From: Acidobacteriota bacterium
Lineage (GTDB): Bacteria; Acidobacteriota; Aminicenantia; UBA2199
Length of the DNA: 64,000 bases
Reading direction: 5' to 3'
NCBI GenBank assembly: GCA_022711715.1
Contig: JAKLEC010000001.1
Location: forward strand, 112,860 to 176,859
Below, piece by piece: positions 48,892-57,870 of the stretch (positions within the stretch are counted from its first letter, which is position 1; each line of letters starts with the position of its first letter). Position numbers and translations under genes: made by a program. The notes beneath the pieces were generated by a model, which was not told the origin of the DNA, made no database searches, and saw only the letters and a program-made list of their open reading frames with translations.

Positions 48892-51213
48892 CTACTTTTT
48901 CTCGAGCTCGGCAATGAGCTTCTCCCCCTCGCGGGTATAGAAGTCGCGGCGCTCGTTGTCGCCCAGGGCGTTGTAGAGGTTGGTCAGCACGAAGTAGCCG
49001 AACAGCGTCTCGCGGTCCCGGGGCGGCAGCGCGATCCCCTCCAGGCAGAGGCCGACGGCGCGCTCCAGGCCGCGGCCCTGGCGCAGCAGGATCTCCGCCA
49101 GGTGGAAGCGTGCCATCTTCAGCCTGACGTCGGCGGCGACGGCCGCCTCGTAGTACCGGGCCGCTTCGTCGAGCCGGTCCTGCTGCTTCAGCAGGTTGGC
49201 CAGGCTGACCGCCGCCTCGTGGCGCCGGGGATCGGTCTCCAGCTCGCGGCGGTAATGCCCGGCCGCCTCCTCTTTCCGCCCCTCGCCCTCGGCGGCCAGC
49301 CCCAGCAGGTAGTGGCTTCCCGCGGCATTGGGCACGACGGCCAGCACCCCGTCCAGCAGCTCCCGGGCGGCGGCGAAATCGCCGGCGGCGACGCGCTTGG
49401 CGGCCGCCTCGTTGAGCCGGGGGTAGATCCCGGGATCGGCGGCGAAGGCCCGGCGCAGCGCCTGCAGCCCGTCCGCGCCGGCGCCCTGCGCCAAACGGAT
49501 GCGCCCCAACACGGCCAGGAGCTCCGGGTCGTTGGGGGCGTCGCGCAGGAAGCGTTCGGCCTCGGCGGCCGCCTCAGCGAGGCGGTTCAGCTTCTCCAGC
49601 GTCTTCAGCAAGTCGAGGCGGTTGTTGGCGTCCTCGGGCTTGAGGGCCAGGGCGCGGCGGAACGCGGCCAGCGCCTCTTCGAAGCGGCCGCCGGCGAACA
49701 GGGCGTTGCCCTCCAGGTTCACGGCGTCGGCGAAGCCGGGGTTGCGCCCGACGATGCCGCGGGCCGTTTCCAGCGCCTCCTGCCAGCGCCCCGAGCCGAG
49801 AACGGCCACCGCCTTGCCGAAGGCCACATAGTCGCCCAGCCTGTCCTTGGGATCGGGCAGCGTTTCATCGTCGCCGGCGGCGGCGACGGAGCCGCCCAGG
49901 TAGCCGAGAGCGGCCAGGCGGCGGCGGTCCTCGGCGCTCATGGCCTGGATGGCGGAAGGCGCCAAAGCCCCGCGGCCGGCCTTCTGCATGAACGCCAGTC
50001 CGCGCCCGCGCAGGTCGTCGCGGCGGCGCGGCCGCTCGCCGGCGAGGTTGCGCCGCTCGCCCGGGTCGGCGGCGAGGTCGTAGAGCTCGTCGCGCGGCGC
50101 GAAGATGTATTTCTCGCCGTTGCGGTAGAAGGCCTTGAGCGGCGACCAGCCGTAGTGCAGCCGCGGGTACCAGGTCTCGCTGTAGGCGTCGCCGAAGCGG
50201 GAGTCGCTTTCGCCGGCCAGCAGCCGCGTCAGCGGCTTCCCCTGCCAGCCGGGGGGGGCGGGAATGCCCAGCAGCTCCAGGATGGTCGGCGCCACGTCGA
50301 CCAGCTGCACCGTCGTGGCCACCGTGCGGGCGGCGAACGGCCGCGGGCCGCGGACGATCAGCGGCACGTGCAGCGTCGTCTCGTACAGGAAATAGCCGTG
50401 CTTCTGCTCGCCGTGGTCGTCGAGCCCCTCGCCGTGGTCGGCGGTCGCCACCACCAGGGTCCGCTCCCAGAGCCCCCTCTCCTTCAGGAAGGCGAAGAAA
50501 CGGCCCAGCTCGGCGTCGGTGTACTCCACCTCGCCGCGGTAGGGGTCGTTGCCGCGGTCGAAGGGCGGCGGCGGGACGTAGGGGAAATGGGGGTCGTAGA
50601 GGTGGATCCAGGCGAAGAAGCGCCGGTTGCTGATGGCGGCGAGCCAGCCGCGGGCTTCGGCCAGCACTTCGCCGGCCGGCTTCTTGGCCAGCAGATCCAG
50701 GCTGCCGCCGGCTCCGGGATCGAAGCGGTCGGCGTACAGGTCGAACCCCTGGTTGAGCCCCCACTTGCCGTGCAGGACGTAGCCGCCGATGAAGGCGGCG
50801 GTGGCGAAACCGCGCCCGCGCAGCACCTCGCTGACCAGCTCCAGCTGCGGCGGCGCCTGGAAGGCGCCGTTGTCGCGCAGGCGGTGGAACAGCGGCTGCG
50901 TGGCCGACAGCAGCGAGGCGTGCGATGGCAGGGTGAGCGGCGCCTGGGCGACGCAGTGCGCGAAACGCGTCCCCTCGCCGGCCAGGGCGTCGAGCGCCGG
51001 CGTCGCGGCCCGCCCCTGGCCGTAGGCGCCCACGTGGTCGGCGCGCAGGGTGTCGATGGTGACCAGCACCACGTTCCAGGAGGCGGGGTCGGCAAGGCCG
51101 GCCCGCGGGCGCAGCAGCCAGACGCCCAGGGCCAGCAGCGCGGCCAGGGCCATGACGGCCGGCCACAGGAGCCGACGGCGGCGGCCGGAGGGGGAAGCGG
51201 ATGGCGTTCTCAC
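48892..51213 (-). CDS. Sulfatase-like (Thr-type) hydrolase fused to TPR domain, paralog
   Basis: VTIDTLRADH...APLTLPSHASLLS...TADHGEGLDDHGE plus TPR. GTG start. Same C-terminal ...REGE(R/K)LIAELEKK as its neighbour. Confidence 0.88.
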   Translation of the reverse strand: MRTPSASPSGRRRRLLWPAVMALAALLALGVWLLRPRAGLADPASWNVVLVTIDTLRADHVGAYGQGRAATPALDALAGEGTRFAHCVAQAPLTLPSHASLLSATQPLFHRLRDNGAFQAPPQLELVSEVLRGRGFATAAFIGGYVLHGKWGLNQGFDLYADRFDPGAGGSLDLLAKKPAGEVLAEARGWLAAISNRRFFAWIHLYDPHFPYVPPPPFDRGNDPYRGEVEYTDAELGRFFAFLKERGLWERTLVVATADHGEGLDDHGEQKHGYFLYETTLHVPLIVRGPRPFAARTVATTVQLVDVAPTILELLGIPAPPGWQGKPLTRLLAGESDSRFGDAYSETWYPRLHYGWSPLKAFYRNGEKYIFAPRDELYDLAADPGERRNLAGERPRRRDDLRGRGLAFMQKAGRGALAPSAIQAMSAEDRRRLAALGYLGGSVAAAGDDETLPDPKDRLGDYVAFGKAVAVLGSGRWQEALETARGIVGRNPGFADAVNLEGNALFAGGRFEEALAAFRRALALKPEDANNRLDLLKTLEKLNRLAEAAAEAERFLRDAPNDPELLAVLGRIRLAQGAGADGLQALRRAFAADPGIYPRLNEAAAKRVAAGDFAAARELLDGVLAVVPNAAGSHYLLGLAAEGEGRKEEAAGHYRRELETDPRRHEAAVSLANLLKQQDRLDEAARYYEAAVAADVRLKMARFHLAEILLRQGRGLERAVGLCLEGIALPPRDRETLFGYFVLTNLYNALGDNERRDFYTREGEKLIAELEKK

Positions 51214-51261
51214 TATCCGATTATTCCACAGGATCGCCCCGGCGGCAAGCGCAAGAAGAAA

Positions 51262-51457
51262 GTGATAGTGATAGTGTTTGTGTTAGTAACAGCAAATCGA
51301 CGAACTCTTATCTACCGGCACCTGGCGACGGGCTCTTCACTTTACCCTTTTTACTTTTGCCTTTTGCCTTTCTGAGTGTCAGTATCAGCAGAAAACGGAA
51401 CGAACTGAAGCAAGGGCAACACCTTGCTTTTCACTTTTCACCTTTCACTTTTCACTG
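51262..51457. repeat. Array mosaic: GTGATA/GTGTTN - AACAGCAAAT core - CTTTTNC array - GTGTCAG units - TTTTCAC array
   Basis: Read directly from the sequence. cctttctgagtgtcagtatcagcag is homologous to 54541-54568. Confidence 0.85.
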
Positions 51458-51462
51458 AAGAT

Positions 51463-51492
51463 AAAAAAAGGGGGGCACTTTCGTGCCCCCCC
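51463..51492 (-). terminator. Intrinsic terminator after TonB-dependent receptor 1
   Basis: Minus strand reads GGGGGGCAC-GAAA-GTGCCCCCC followed by U7. Confidence 0.9.
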
Positions 51493-51520
51493 ATGGGAAC
51501 GAAACGATCGAGTTCCTAGA

Positions 51521-54358
51521 TCAGTTGAACTCGATGCGGGCGCCGAGCTGGAACATGCGCGGATCGTTGATGGTCAGCATGCGCTCGAACGAATACAGCG
51601 GGTTGCTGGAGTTGGCCCAGACCGAGGTGGCCACGCCCTGGTTGAAGACGTTGAAGCAGTCGGCGAAGGCGGCCAGGGTCACGTTCTTGATCTTGAAGGC
51701 CTTTTCCAGGCGTAGGTCGAGCCGCACCGCGTTGGGCAGGCGGCGGGCGCCGCGTTCCTCGGCGTTGATGGTCGTGCCGGAACGGCTCTGGGTGACGCTC
51801 ACGCCCAGGTAGCGGCTGGTGACGACGCGGTTGTAGGTGCCGCCACTCAGGAAGCGGAAGTAGCCGCTCAGGTTGATGCCCAGCGGGCCGGCCCACATGC
51901 CCTGCACCTTGAACTGGTGGCGGGCGTCGAGGTCCAGCGTGCCGTAGGCGTTGACGTGGGCGTTGGGATCGCCGAACAGGCCGGAGGTGCCCAGGGAGGC
52001 GTTGCCGCGGCCCTGCGAGATGAGGCCCTTGCCCTCGCCGTAGACGTAGGAGGTGTTCAGCGCCCAGCCGTGGCTGAAGCGCTTGTTGAGGGTGAGTTCC
52101 ACGCCGGTGTAATCGCGCTCGGCCCCCGGCGGGTTGACGATGTAGATCTCGCTGGCGGCGGTGTTCTTCTTGCTGTAGAAGGTGACGGTCTTGCCGTCGA
52201 AGGGATCGACGGTGGACTTGGCGATCCAGTTCTTGCTCCAGTCGAGCTCGCCGCTGGACATCAGCTTGTCGATGTCCAGCTGGGCGGCGTCGACCTGGTG
52301 GACCAGCCTGCGGTCCCACTTGCGGATGAAGCGGGCGCCGGCCGACCAGTCGGTGAAGAGCTCGCGCTCCAGGCCGACCGTCAGCTCATCGGTATAGGGT
52401 GCCTTGAGGTCGTAATTCTTGTAGCCCACCTTGGTGGAGGCGGGGACGGACCAGACCGACTCGGTGCCGGGGATCTGGGTGCCGTCGGGGTTCAGGAAGA
52501 CGATCCAGCCGACCCAGCCGTTGGGATGGGCGATGTTGATCCAGCCCGTCTGGTTGGCCATGGTGTAGCGCGACCAAGAGGCCTTGGCCAGCGTCTTGTT
52601 GTCGCCGGTTACGTCGTAGATGAGGCCGAAGCGCGGGGCCAGCGTGGTCCAGGAGAGCCCCTTGATCGGGTCGGTGATGGAGCGGTTAACGGTCAGGTAG
52701 CTGAGGGCGCCGGGGAGCTGGAAGGCGCCTTCGCCGCCGCCCTGCTTGGGCCAGGTCAGCGAGTTGTACTCCAGGCGCAGGCCGAGGTTCAGGGTCAGGT
52801 GGCGGTTGACGCGCCAGGTGTCCTGGATGAAGCCGAAGTAGTCATCCATGTTGTCCTTGCGGTCGAAGCCGTCGCCGGCCAGCTGCAGGCCGTAGTAGTA
52901 GTAGCCATCTGTGCCGAGCATGGCGTTGTAGTGGCAGTTGGAGACGGGGTCGGCCTTGCCGTAGACCATCCAGCCGACGCGGGCCAGCTGCGCCTCGCCG
53001 CCGACCTTCAGCTCGTGCGTGCCCATGAAGTCGTCAATGAAGGTGGTGGCGTCGACGTTGAAGTTGTAGCGGTCGCGGCCGTTGTGGTCCTGGGTGCGCC
53101 AGGCACCGCCGTTGTCGAGGTAGTTGTAGGTGTACAGGTCGTAGTAGAAGGGGGCGTCGAGGTTGGAATCGAGGTTCATCTGGAACTGGCTGATGCCGAC
53201 CTTGAAGTTGGCGTACATGTTCTCGCCGAAGTAGCGGTTCCAGTTGGCATTGATCACGTGGGTGGGGGTGGTCTGCTTGACGGTGTTGTTCTCGGTGTGC
53301 CAGCGGTCGGCGTTGCGGTTGTTGTTCAGGCGGTCGGAGTAGTTGTAGGAGAGGACGAACTTGTTCTTCTGGTTGGGCTGGAAGGTCAGCTTGATGTAGG
53401 GCAGGGGCTGGGTGACCTTGATGGTGGTCTTGGCGTTGGGCTTGTTGTAGGGGAAGCCGATCGCGTAGTTCTGCACCTGCTTGTAGGTGGCGGAGGCGAA
53501 GAACCACAGCTTGTCCTTGATGATCGGGCCGCCGATGGAGAAGGCGGGCTCGAACTCGAGGTGGTTGCCCGAGTAGCCCTCGTTCTCCAGCACGGTGCCC
53601 TTGCGGTTGTCGCCCACCAGGCTCTCGTGGTTCAGGTAGAAGGAGGCGGCGCCGGTGAAGCGGTTGCCGCCCGACTTGGTGACCACGTTGACCATGGCGC
53701 CGCGCACCGAGCCGTACTCGGCCGAGAGGCCGCCGGTCTGGACCGAGATCTCGTCCATGATGTCCAAGCCGAAGGTGACGTTGGTGACGCCGGTGGCCGG
53801 GTCGCCCAGGTTCACGCCGTCCAGGTTATAGGAGTTGTCCATGGTGGCCGAGCCGTGGGCGGAGTCGCCGGTCATGCCCGGGGCCATGTTGACGAAGTTG
53901 GCCAGGTTGCGGGGGGCGGGCAGCGACTTCAGGAACTGCACGTCGAAGTTGGCCGCGCGCGTCTGGCGCTGCGTGTCCACCGTGGGGCTCTGGCCGGTGA
54001 CCACGATCGCTTCCTGGATCGCTTCCTGCTTGATGGTGGCGTTGACCGTGAAGGTCTGCAGCGCCGCCACCTTGATGTCCTTGCGGATCACGGTGCGGAA
54101 GCCTTCCAGCTGGAAGGTGATTTCGTAGACGCCGACGGGCAGGTTGGCGAAGCGGTAGACGCCGTTTTCGTTGGTGACGGCGGTCATCTTGCCGATCACC
54201 AGGGCCGGCGAAGAGATGACTACGGTCACGCCGGGAACGGATACGCCGTCTTCCATGGAGACGACACCCATCAGCGTGCCGGTCTGGCTGGACTGCCCGT
54301 ACCCGACGGTCATGACCGCGAGCAGGAGCATCAGCCCGATGCTGAGCTTTTTCATCAT
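51521..54358 (-). CDS. TonB-dependent receptor with N-terminal CarboxypepD_reg-like domain
   Basis: Signal peptide. GTLMGVV...GVSVPGVTVV cap domain. Plug and beta-barrel. AGGAGG SD. Sigma54 promoter upstream and intrinsic terminator downstream. Confidence 0.9.
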   Translation of the reverse strand: MMKKLSIGLMLLLAVMTVGYGQSSQTGTLMGVVSMEDGVSVPGVTVVISSPALVIGKMTAVTNENGVYRFANLPVGVYEITFQLEGFRTVIRKDIKVAALQTFTVNATIKQEAIQEAIVVTGQSPTVDTQRQTRAANFDVQFLKSLPAPRNLANFVNMAPGMTGDSAHGSATMDNSYNLDGVNLGDPATGVTNVTFGLDIMDEISVQTGGLSAEYGSVRGAMVNVVTKSGGNRFTGAASFYLNHESLVGDNRKGTVLENEGYSGNHLEFEPAFSIGGPIIKDKLWFFASATYKQVQNYAIGFPYNKPNAKTTIKVTQPLPYIKLTFQPNQKNKFVLSYNYSDRLNNNRNADRWHTENNTVKQTTPTHVINANWNRYFGENMYANFKVGISQFQMNLDSNLDAPFYYDLYTYNYLDNGGAWRTQDHNGRDRYNFNVDATTFIDDFMGTHELKVGGEAQLARVGWMVYGKADPVSNCHYNAMLGTDGYYYYGLQLAGDGFDRKDNMDDYFGFIQDTWRVNRHLTLNLGLRLEYNSLTWPKQGGGEGAFQLPGALSYLTVNRSITDPIKGLSWTTLAPRFGLIYDVTGDNKTLAKASWSRYTMANQTGWINIAHPNGWVGWIVFLNPDGTQIPGTESVWSVPASTKVGYKNYDLKAPYTDELTVGLERELFTDWSAGARFIRKWDRRLVHQVDAAQLDIDKLMSSGELDWSKNWIAKSTVDPFDGKTVTFYSKKNTAASEIYIVNPPGAERDYTGVELTLNKRFSHGWALNTSYVYGEGKGLISQGRGNASLGTSGLFGDPNAHVNAYGTLDLDARHQFKVQGMWAGPLGINLSGYFRFLSGGTYNRVVTSRYLGVSVTQSRSGTTINAEERGARRLPNAVRLDLRLEKAFKIKNVTLAAFADCFNVFNQGVATSVWANSSNPLYSFERMLTINDPRMFQLGARIEFN

Positions 54359-54394
54359 ATACCTCCTAAAAATTTTTAATACCGCTTAATATAA

Positions 54395-54410
54395 TGCAAT
54401 TTTCATGCCA
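54395..54410 (-). promoter_or_regulatory. Sigma54 promoter TGGCAT-GAAAA-TTGCA
   Basis: Minus strand reads TGGCATGAAAATTGCA, with exact consensus blocks and spacing. The -12 element lies about 37 nt upstream of ATG 54358, and AGGAGG is in the leader. Confidence 0.8.
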
Positions 54411-54449
54411 AATCGAAAGGCCCGCGTATCAGGCAATTCGGCAACGGCT

Positions 54450-54465
54450 ATTCAAATATTTGAAT
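54450..54465. promoter_or_regulatory. Perfect 16-bp palindrome ATTCAAATATTTGAAT upstream of the sigma54 promoter (candidate activator or IHF site)
   Basis: Centre lies about 55 nt upstream of the -24 element. Flanked by CCCGCG...CGCGGG. Confidence 0.35.
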
Positions 54466-54540
54466 CCTCGCGGGCTTTTAGTCCAATTTTCTGAATGCTG
54501 TTTTTGTTAGAATTTTAACTAATTATGCCCGACCGGCGGT

Positions 54541-54889
54541 CTTTCTGAGTGTCAGTGTCCGTGTCAGCAAGAAAGAACTTTCAGCAACCTATGTGTTCGT
54601 GTTAGTGTTTGTGTTAGTGTTAGGAAAGCCAGGATCATGAACACCGTCGAGATATAAGTGGTAGTGATAGTGATAGTGGTAGGAGCGGCATGAACCGATC
54701 TAATGCCGTTGCGGATCACGAATTACGAATCACAATGGGTTATTTGCTGTTCCTCGTCACGCGTCACGCGTCACGATTGTTTTGGACAGATCGGGTGTCA
54801 GTGATAGTGTTAGGAACAGCAATCAACGAAATCCTATCAAGAACCGAGCAAAGGGCTCTTCACTTTTACCTTTTTCCTTTTACCTTTCG
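54541..54889. repeat. Super-mosaic containing seven array types in about 350 bp
   Basis: GTGTCMG (54541-54570), GTGTTN (54593-54624), GTGRTA (54658-54683), small hairpin cggcat...atgccg, CACGAAT (54713-54732), GTCACGC (54755-54777), GTGATA/GTGTTA + GGAACAGCAAT (54796-54827), CTTTTNC (54858-54889). Confidence 0.88.
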
Positions 54890-54912
54890 ATAGATTTTTT
54901 TACGTAAGGCAC

Positions 54913-54941
54913 AAAAAAAAGGGGGCACGTTCGTGCCCCCC
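54913..54941 (-). terminator. Intrinsic terminator after TonB-dependent receptor 2
   Basis: Minus strand reads GGGGGCAC-GAAC-GTGCCCCC followed by U8. Homologous to 51463-51492. Confidence 0.9.
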
Positions 54942-54965
54942 GGGAAAAAGAAGCGGGTCCTTGGG

Positions 54966-57815
54966 TCAGTTGAACTCGATGCGCGCCCCCAGCTGGAACA
55001 TGCGCGGGGTATTGATGGTCAGCATGCGCTCGAATTCGTAGGCGGGGTTGCTGGAGTTGGTCCAGACCGTCGTGGCGATGCCCTGGTTGAAGACGTTGAA
55101 GCAGTCGGCGAAGGCGGCCAGGGTGACATTCTTGATCTTGAAGGCCTTCTCCAGGCGCAGGTCGAGCTGCACCGTGTCGGGCAGCCGGCGCGATCCGCGC
55201 TCTTCGGCGTTGATGACGGCCCCGCTGCGGCTCTGGGAAACGGACACGCCCAGGTAGCGGGAGGTGATGGTGCGGGTGTAGGTGCCGCCGCTCAGGAAGC
55301 GGAAGTAGCCGCTCAGGTTGATGCCCAGCGGGCCGGCCCACACGCCCTGCATCTTGAACTGGTGGCGGGAATCAAGGTCCAGCGTGCCGTAGGCGTTGAC
55401 GTGGGCGTTGGGATCCTGGAAGAGGGAGGAGGTGCCCAGCGCCGAGCCCACCCGGCCCTGGGAGATGAGACCCTCGCTCTTGCCGTAGACGTAGGAGGTG
55501 TTCAGCGCCCAGCCGTGGCTGAAGCGCTTGTTGAGGGTGAGCTCCAGGCCGGAGAAGTCGCGCTCGGCGCCCGGCGGGTTGACGATGTGGCATTCCTTGG
55601 CCACGGTGTCGATCTTGCTGTAGAAGGTGACGGTCTTGCCGTCGAAGGGATCGGTCGCGGTCTTGGCGATCCAGTTCTTGCTCCAGTCGAGCTCGCCGCT
55701 GGCCATCAGCTTGTCCATGTCGAGCTGGGCGGCGTCGACCATGTGCATCAGGTTGCGGTCCCACTTGCGGATGAAACGGGCGCCGGCCGACCAGTCGGTG
55801 AAGATCTCGCGCTCGAGGCCGAGGGTCAGCTCGTCGGTGTAGGGCGCCGAGAGCTTGTAATCCTCGTATCCCACCCTGGTGCTGGAAGGGAGCCACAGGG
55901 GCCTCTCGGTATTGGGAATCGGCGTGCCGTCAGGCTCCAGGTCGATGAAGTAGGTGATCCAGCCGTTGGGATGGGCCTCGTTGACCCAGCCCACCTGGTT
56001 GGGCATGGTGTAGCGCGACCAGGAGACCTTGGCCAGCGTCTTGTTGTCGCCGGTCACGTCGTAGATGAGGCCGAGGCGCGGAGCCAGCGTGGTCCAGGAG
56101 AGCCCCTTGATCGGCTCGGTGACCGTGCGGTTGACGGTCAGGCCGCTCAGTGCGCCGGGGAGGGTGATGGCGCCGCCGTCGCCCTGCTTGGGCCAGGTCA
56201 GCGAGTTGTACTCCAGGCGCAGGCCGAGGTTCAGGGTCAGGTGGCGGTTGACGCGCCAGGTGTCCTGGACGAAGGCGAAGTAGTCGTCCATGTTGTCCTT
56301 GCGGTTAAAGCCGTCGCCCTGCAGGACGAGGCCCAAATAGTAGATCCCGCTCTCGCCGAGCATGCCGTTGTAGTGGCAGCCGGTTTTCGGGTCGGCCTTG
56401 CCGTAGACCAGCCAGCCGACGCGGGCCAGTTGCGCCTCGCCGCCGACCTTCAGCTCGTGCGTGCCCATGAAGTCGTCGATGAAGGTGGTGGCGTCGACGT
56501 TGACGTTGTAGCGGTCGCGCGAGTTGTGGTCCTGGGTGCGCCAGTTGCCGCCGTTGTCGAGGTAGTTGTAGGTGTACAGGTCGTAGTAGAAGGGGGCATC
56601 GAGATTGGAATCCAGGTTCATGTCAAAGCGGCTGACGCCGACCTTGAAGTTAACGTACATGTTCTCGCCGAAGTAGCGGTTCCAGTTGGCGTTGATCACG
56701 TGGGTGGGGGTGGTCTGCTTGCTGGTGTTGTTCTCGGTGTGGTAGCGGTCGGCGAAGCGGTTGTTATTGAGCTGGTCGGAATAGTTGTACGAGAGGGTGA
56801 ACTTGTTCTTCTGGTTGGGCTGGAAGGTGAACTTGATGTAGGGCAGCGGCTGGGTGATCTTGATGGCCGCCGGGTCGGGCTTGTTGTAGGGAAAGCCGCT
56901 GACGAAGCGCTGGGTGTCCTTGTAGGTGGCGGAGGCGAAAAACCACAGCTTGTCCTTGACGACCGGGCCGCCGATGGAGAAGGAGGGCTCGAACTGCCGG
57001 TGGTTGCCGGTCAGGCCTTCGTCCTCCAGCACGGTGCCCTTGCGGTTGTTGCCCACCAGGCTCTCGTGGTTGAAATAGAAGGAGGCGGCGCCGCTGACCC
57101 GGTTGCCGCCCGACTTGGTGACCACGTTGACCATGGCGCCGCGCACCGAGCCGTACTCGGCCGAGAGGCCGCCGGTCTGCACCGAGATTTCGTCCATGAT
57201 GTCCAGGCCGAAGGTGATGTTCTGCAGCCCGGTGGCCGGGTCGCCCAGGTTGACGCCGTCGAGGTTGACCGAGTTGTCCATGGTGGCCGAGCCGGAGGCG
57301 GAGGAGCCGCCGTTGACGTCGTCGGCGATCAGTCCCGGCGCCATGTTGATGAAGTTGGCCAGGTTGCGCGGGGCGGGCAGCGACTTCAGGAACTGCACGT
57401 CGAAGTTGGCCGCGCGTGTCTGCCGCTGGGTGTCGACCGTGGGGCTCTGGCCGGTGACCACGATCGCTTCCTTGATCGCCTCCTGGCGGATGGTGGCGTT
57501 GACCGTAAAGGTCTGCAGGGCGGCCACGCGGACGTCCTTGCGCACGTAGGGCCGGAAGCCCTCCAGCTGGAAGTCGAGCTCATAGACGCCGGGCGGCAGG
57601 TTGGCGAAGCGATAGACGCCGTTCTCGTTGGTCACGGCGCTCATCTTGCCGATCACCAGGGCCGGCGAGGCCGCGGTCACCGTGACGCCGGGGATGGAGA
57701 CGCCGTCCTCCATGGTGACGACGCCCATCAGCGTGCCGGTCTGGCTGGACTGCCCGTGCACCGCGGCGAAGGCCGCGAGCAGGAACAGCAGCGTGAAGAA
57801 TGATTTTTTGATCAT
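54966..57815 (-). CDS. TonB-dependent receptor with N-terminal CarboxypepD_reg-like domain (tandem paralog)
   Basis: Colinear with 51521-54358. ATG 57815 (GGAGG SD, signal peptide MIKKSFFTLLFLLAAFAAVHG) is preferred over 57845, which coincides with the predicted sigma54 transcription start. Confidence 0.9.
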   Translation of the reverse strand: MIKKSFFTLLFLLAAFAAVHGQSSQTGTLMGVVTMEDGVSIPGVTVTAASPALVIGKMSAVTNENGVYRFANLPPGVYELDFQLEGFRPYVRKDVRVAALQTFTVNATIRQEAIKEAIVVTGQSPTVDTQRQTRAANFDVQFLKSLPAPRNLANFINMAPGLIADDVNGGSSASGSATMDNSVNLDGVNLGDPATGLQNITFGLDIMDEISVQTGGLSAEYGSVRGAMVNVVTKSGGNRVSGAASFYFNHESLVGNNRKGTVLEDEGLTGNHRQFEPSFSIGGPVVKDKLWFFASATYKDTQRFVSGFPYNKPDPAAIKITQPLPYIKFTFQPNQKNKFTLSYNYSDQLNNNRFADRYHTENNTSKQTTPTHVINANWNRYFGENMYVNFKVGVSRFDMNLDSNLDAPFYYDLYTYNYLDNGGNWRTQDHNSRDRYNVNVDATTFIDDFMGTHELKVGGEAQLARVGWLVYGKADPKTGCHYNGMLGESGIYYLGLVLQGDGFNRKDNMDDYFAFVQDTWRVNRHLTLNLGLRLEYNSLTWPKQGDGGAITLPGALSGLTVNRTVTEPIKGLSWTTLAPRLGLIYDVTGDNKTLAKVSWSRYTMPNQVGWVNEAHPNGWITYFIDLEPDGTPIPNTERPLWLPSSTRVGYEDYKLSAPYTDELTLGLEREIFTDWSAGARFIRKWDRNLMHMVDAAQLDMDKLMASGELDWSKNWIAKTATDPFDGKTVTFYSKIDTVAKECHIVNPPGAERDFSGLELTLNKRFSHGWALNTSYVYGKSEGLISQGRVGSALGTSSLFQDPNAHVNAYGTLDLDSRHQFKMQGVWAGPLGINLSGYFRFLSGGTYTRTITSRYLGVSVSQSRSGAVINAEERGSRRLPDTVQLDLRLEKAFKIKNVTLAAFADCFNVFNQGIATTVWTNSSNPAYEFERMLTINTPRMFQLGARIEFN

Positions 57816-57854
57816 GTGAACCTCCATGCGCTCATTTTCATCCATGGAGGGAAT

Positions 57855-57870
57855 AGCAATAATGATGCCA
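57855..57870 (-). promoter_or_regulatory. Sigma54 promoter TGGCAT-CATTA-TTGCT
   Basis: Minus strand reads TGGCATCATTATTGCT with consensus spacing. The -12 element lies about 40 nt upstream of ATG 57815. Confidence 0.8.

Noticed and set aside
43573-51213. Annotating the three AlkP-superfamily/TPR proteins as genuine (aryl)sulfatases.
   Set aside because: The formylglycine motif C/S-x-P-x-R is replaced by T-L-P-(A/S)-H in all three, so they are called sulfatase-like (Thr-type) instead.
57816-57845. Upstream alternative starts: 57845 (TonB receptor 2), 2966 (mazG), 28854 (phosphodiesterase), 36167 (paralog 1) and 1933 (BFN).
   Set aside because: - They fall inside predicted promoter elements or repeat arrays.
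- They lack an SD sequence.
- They would add residues before the signal peptide or the conserved N-terminus.
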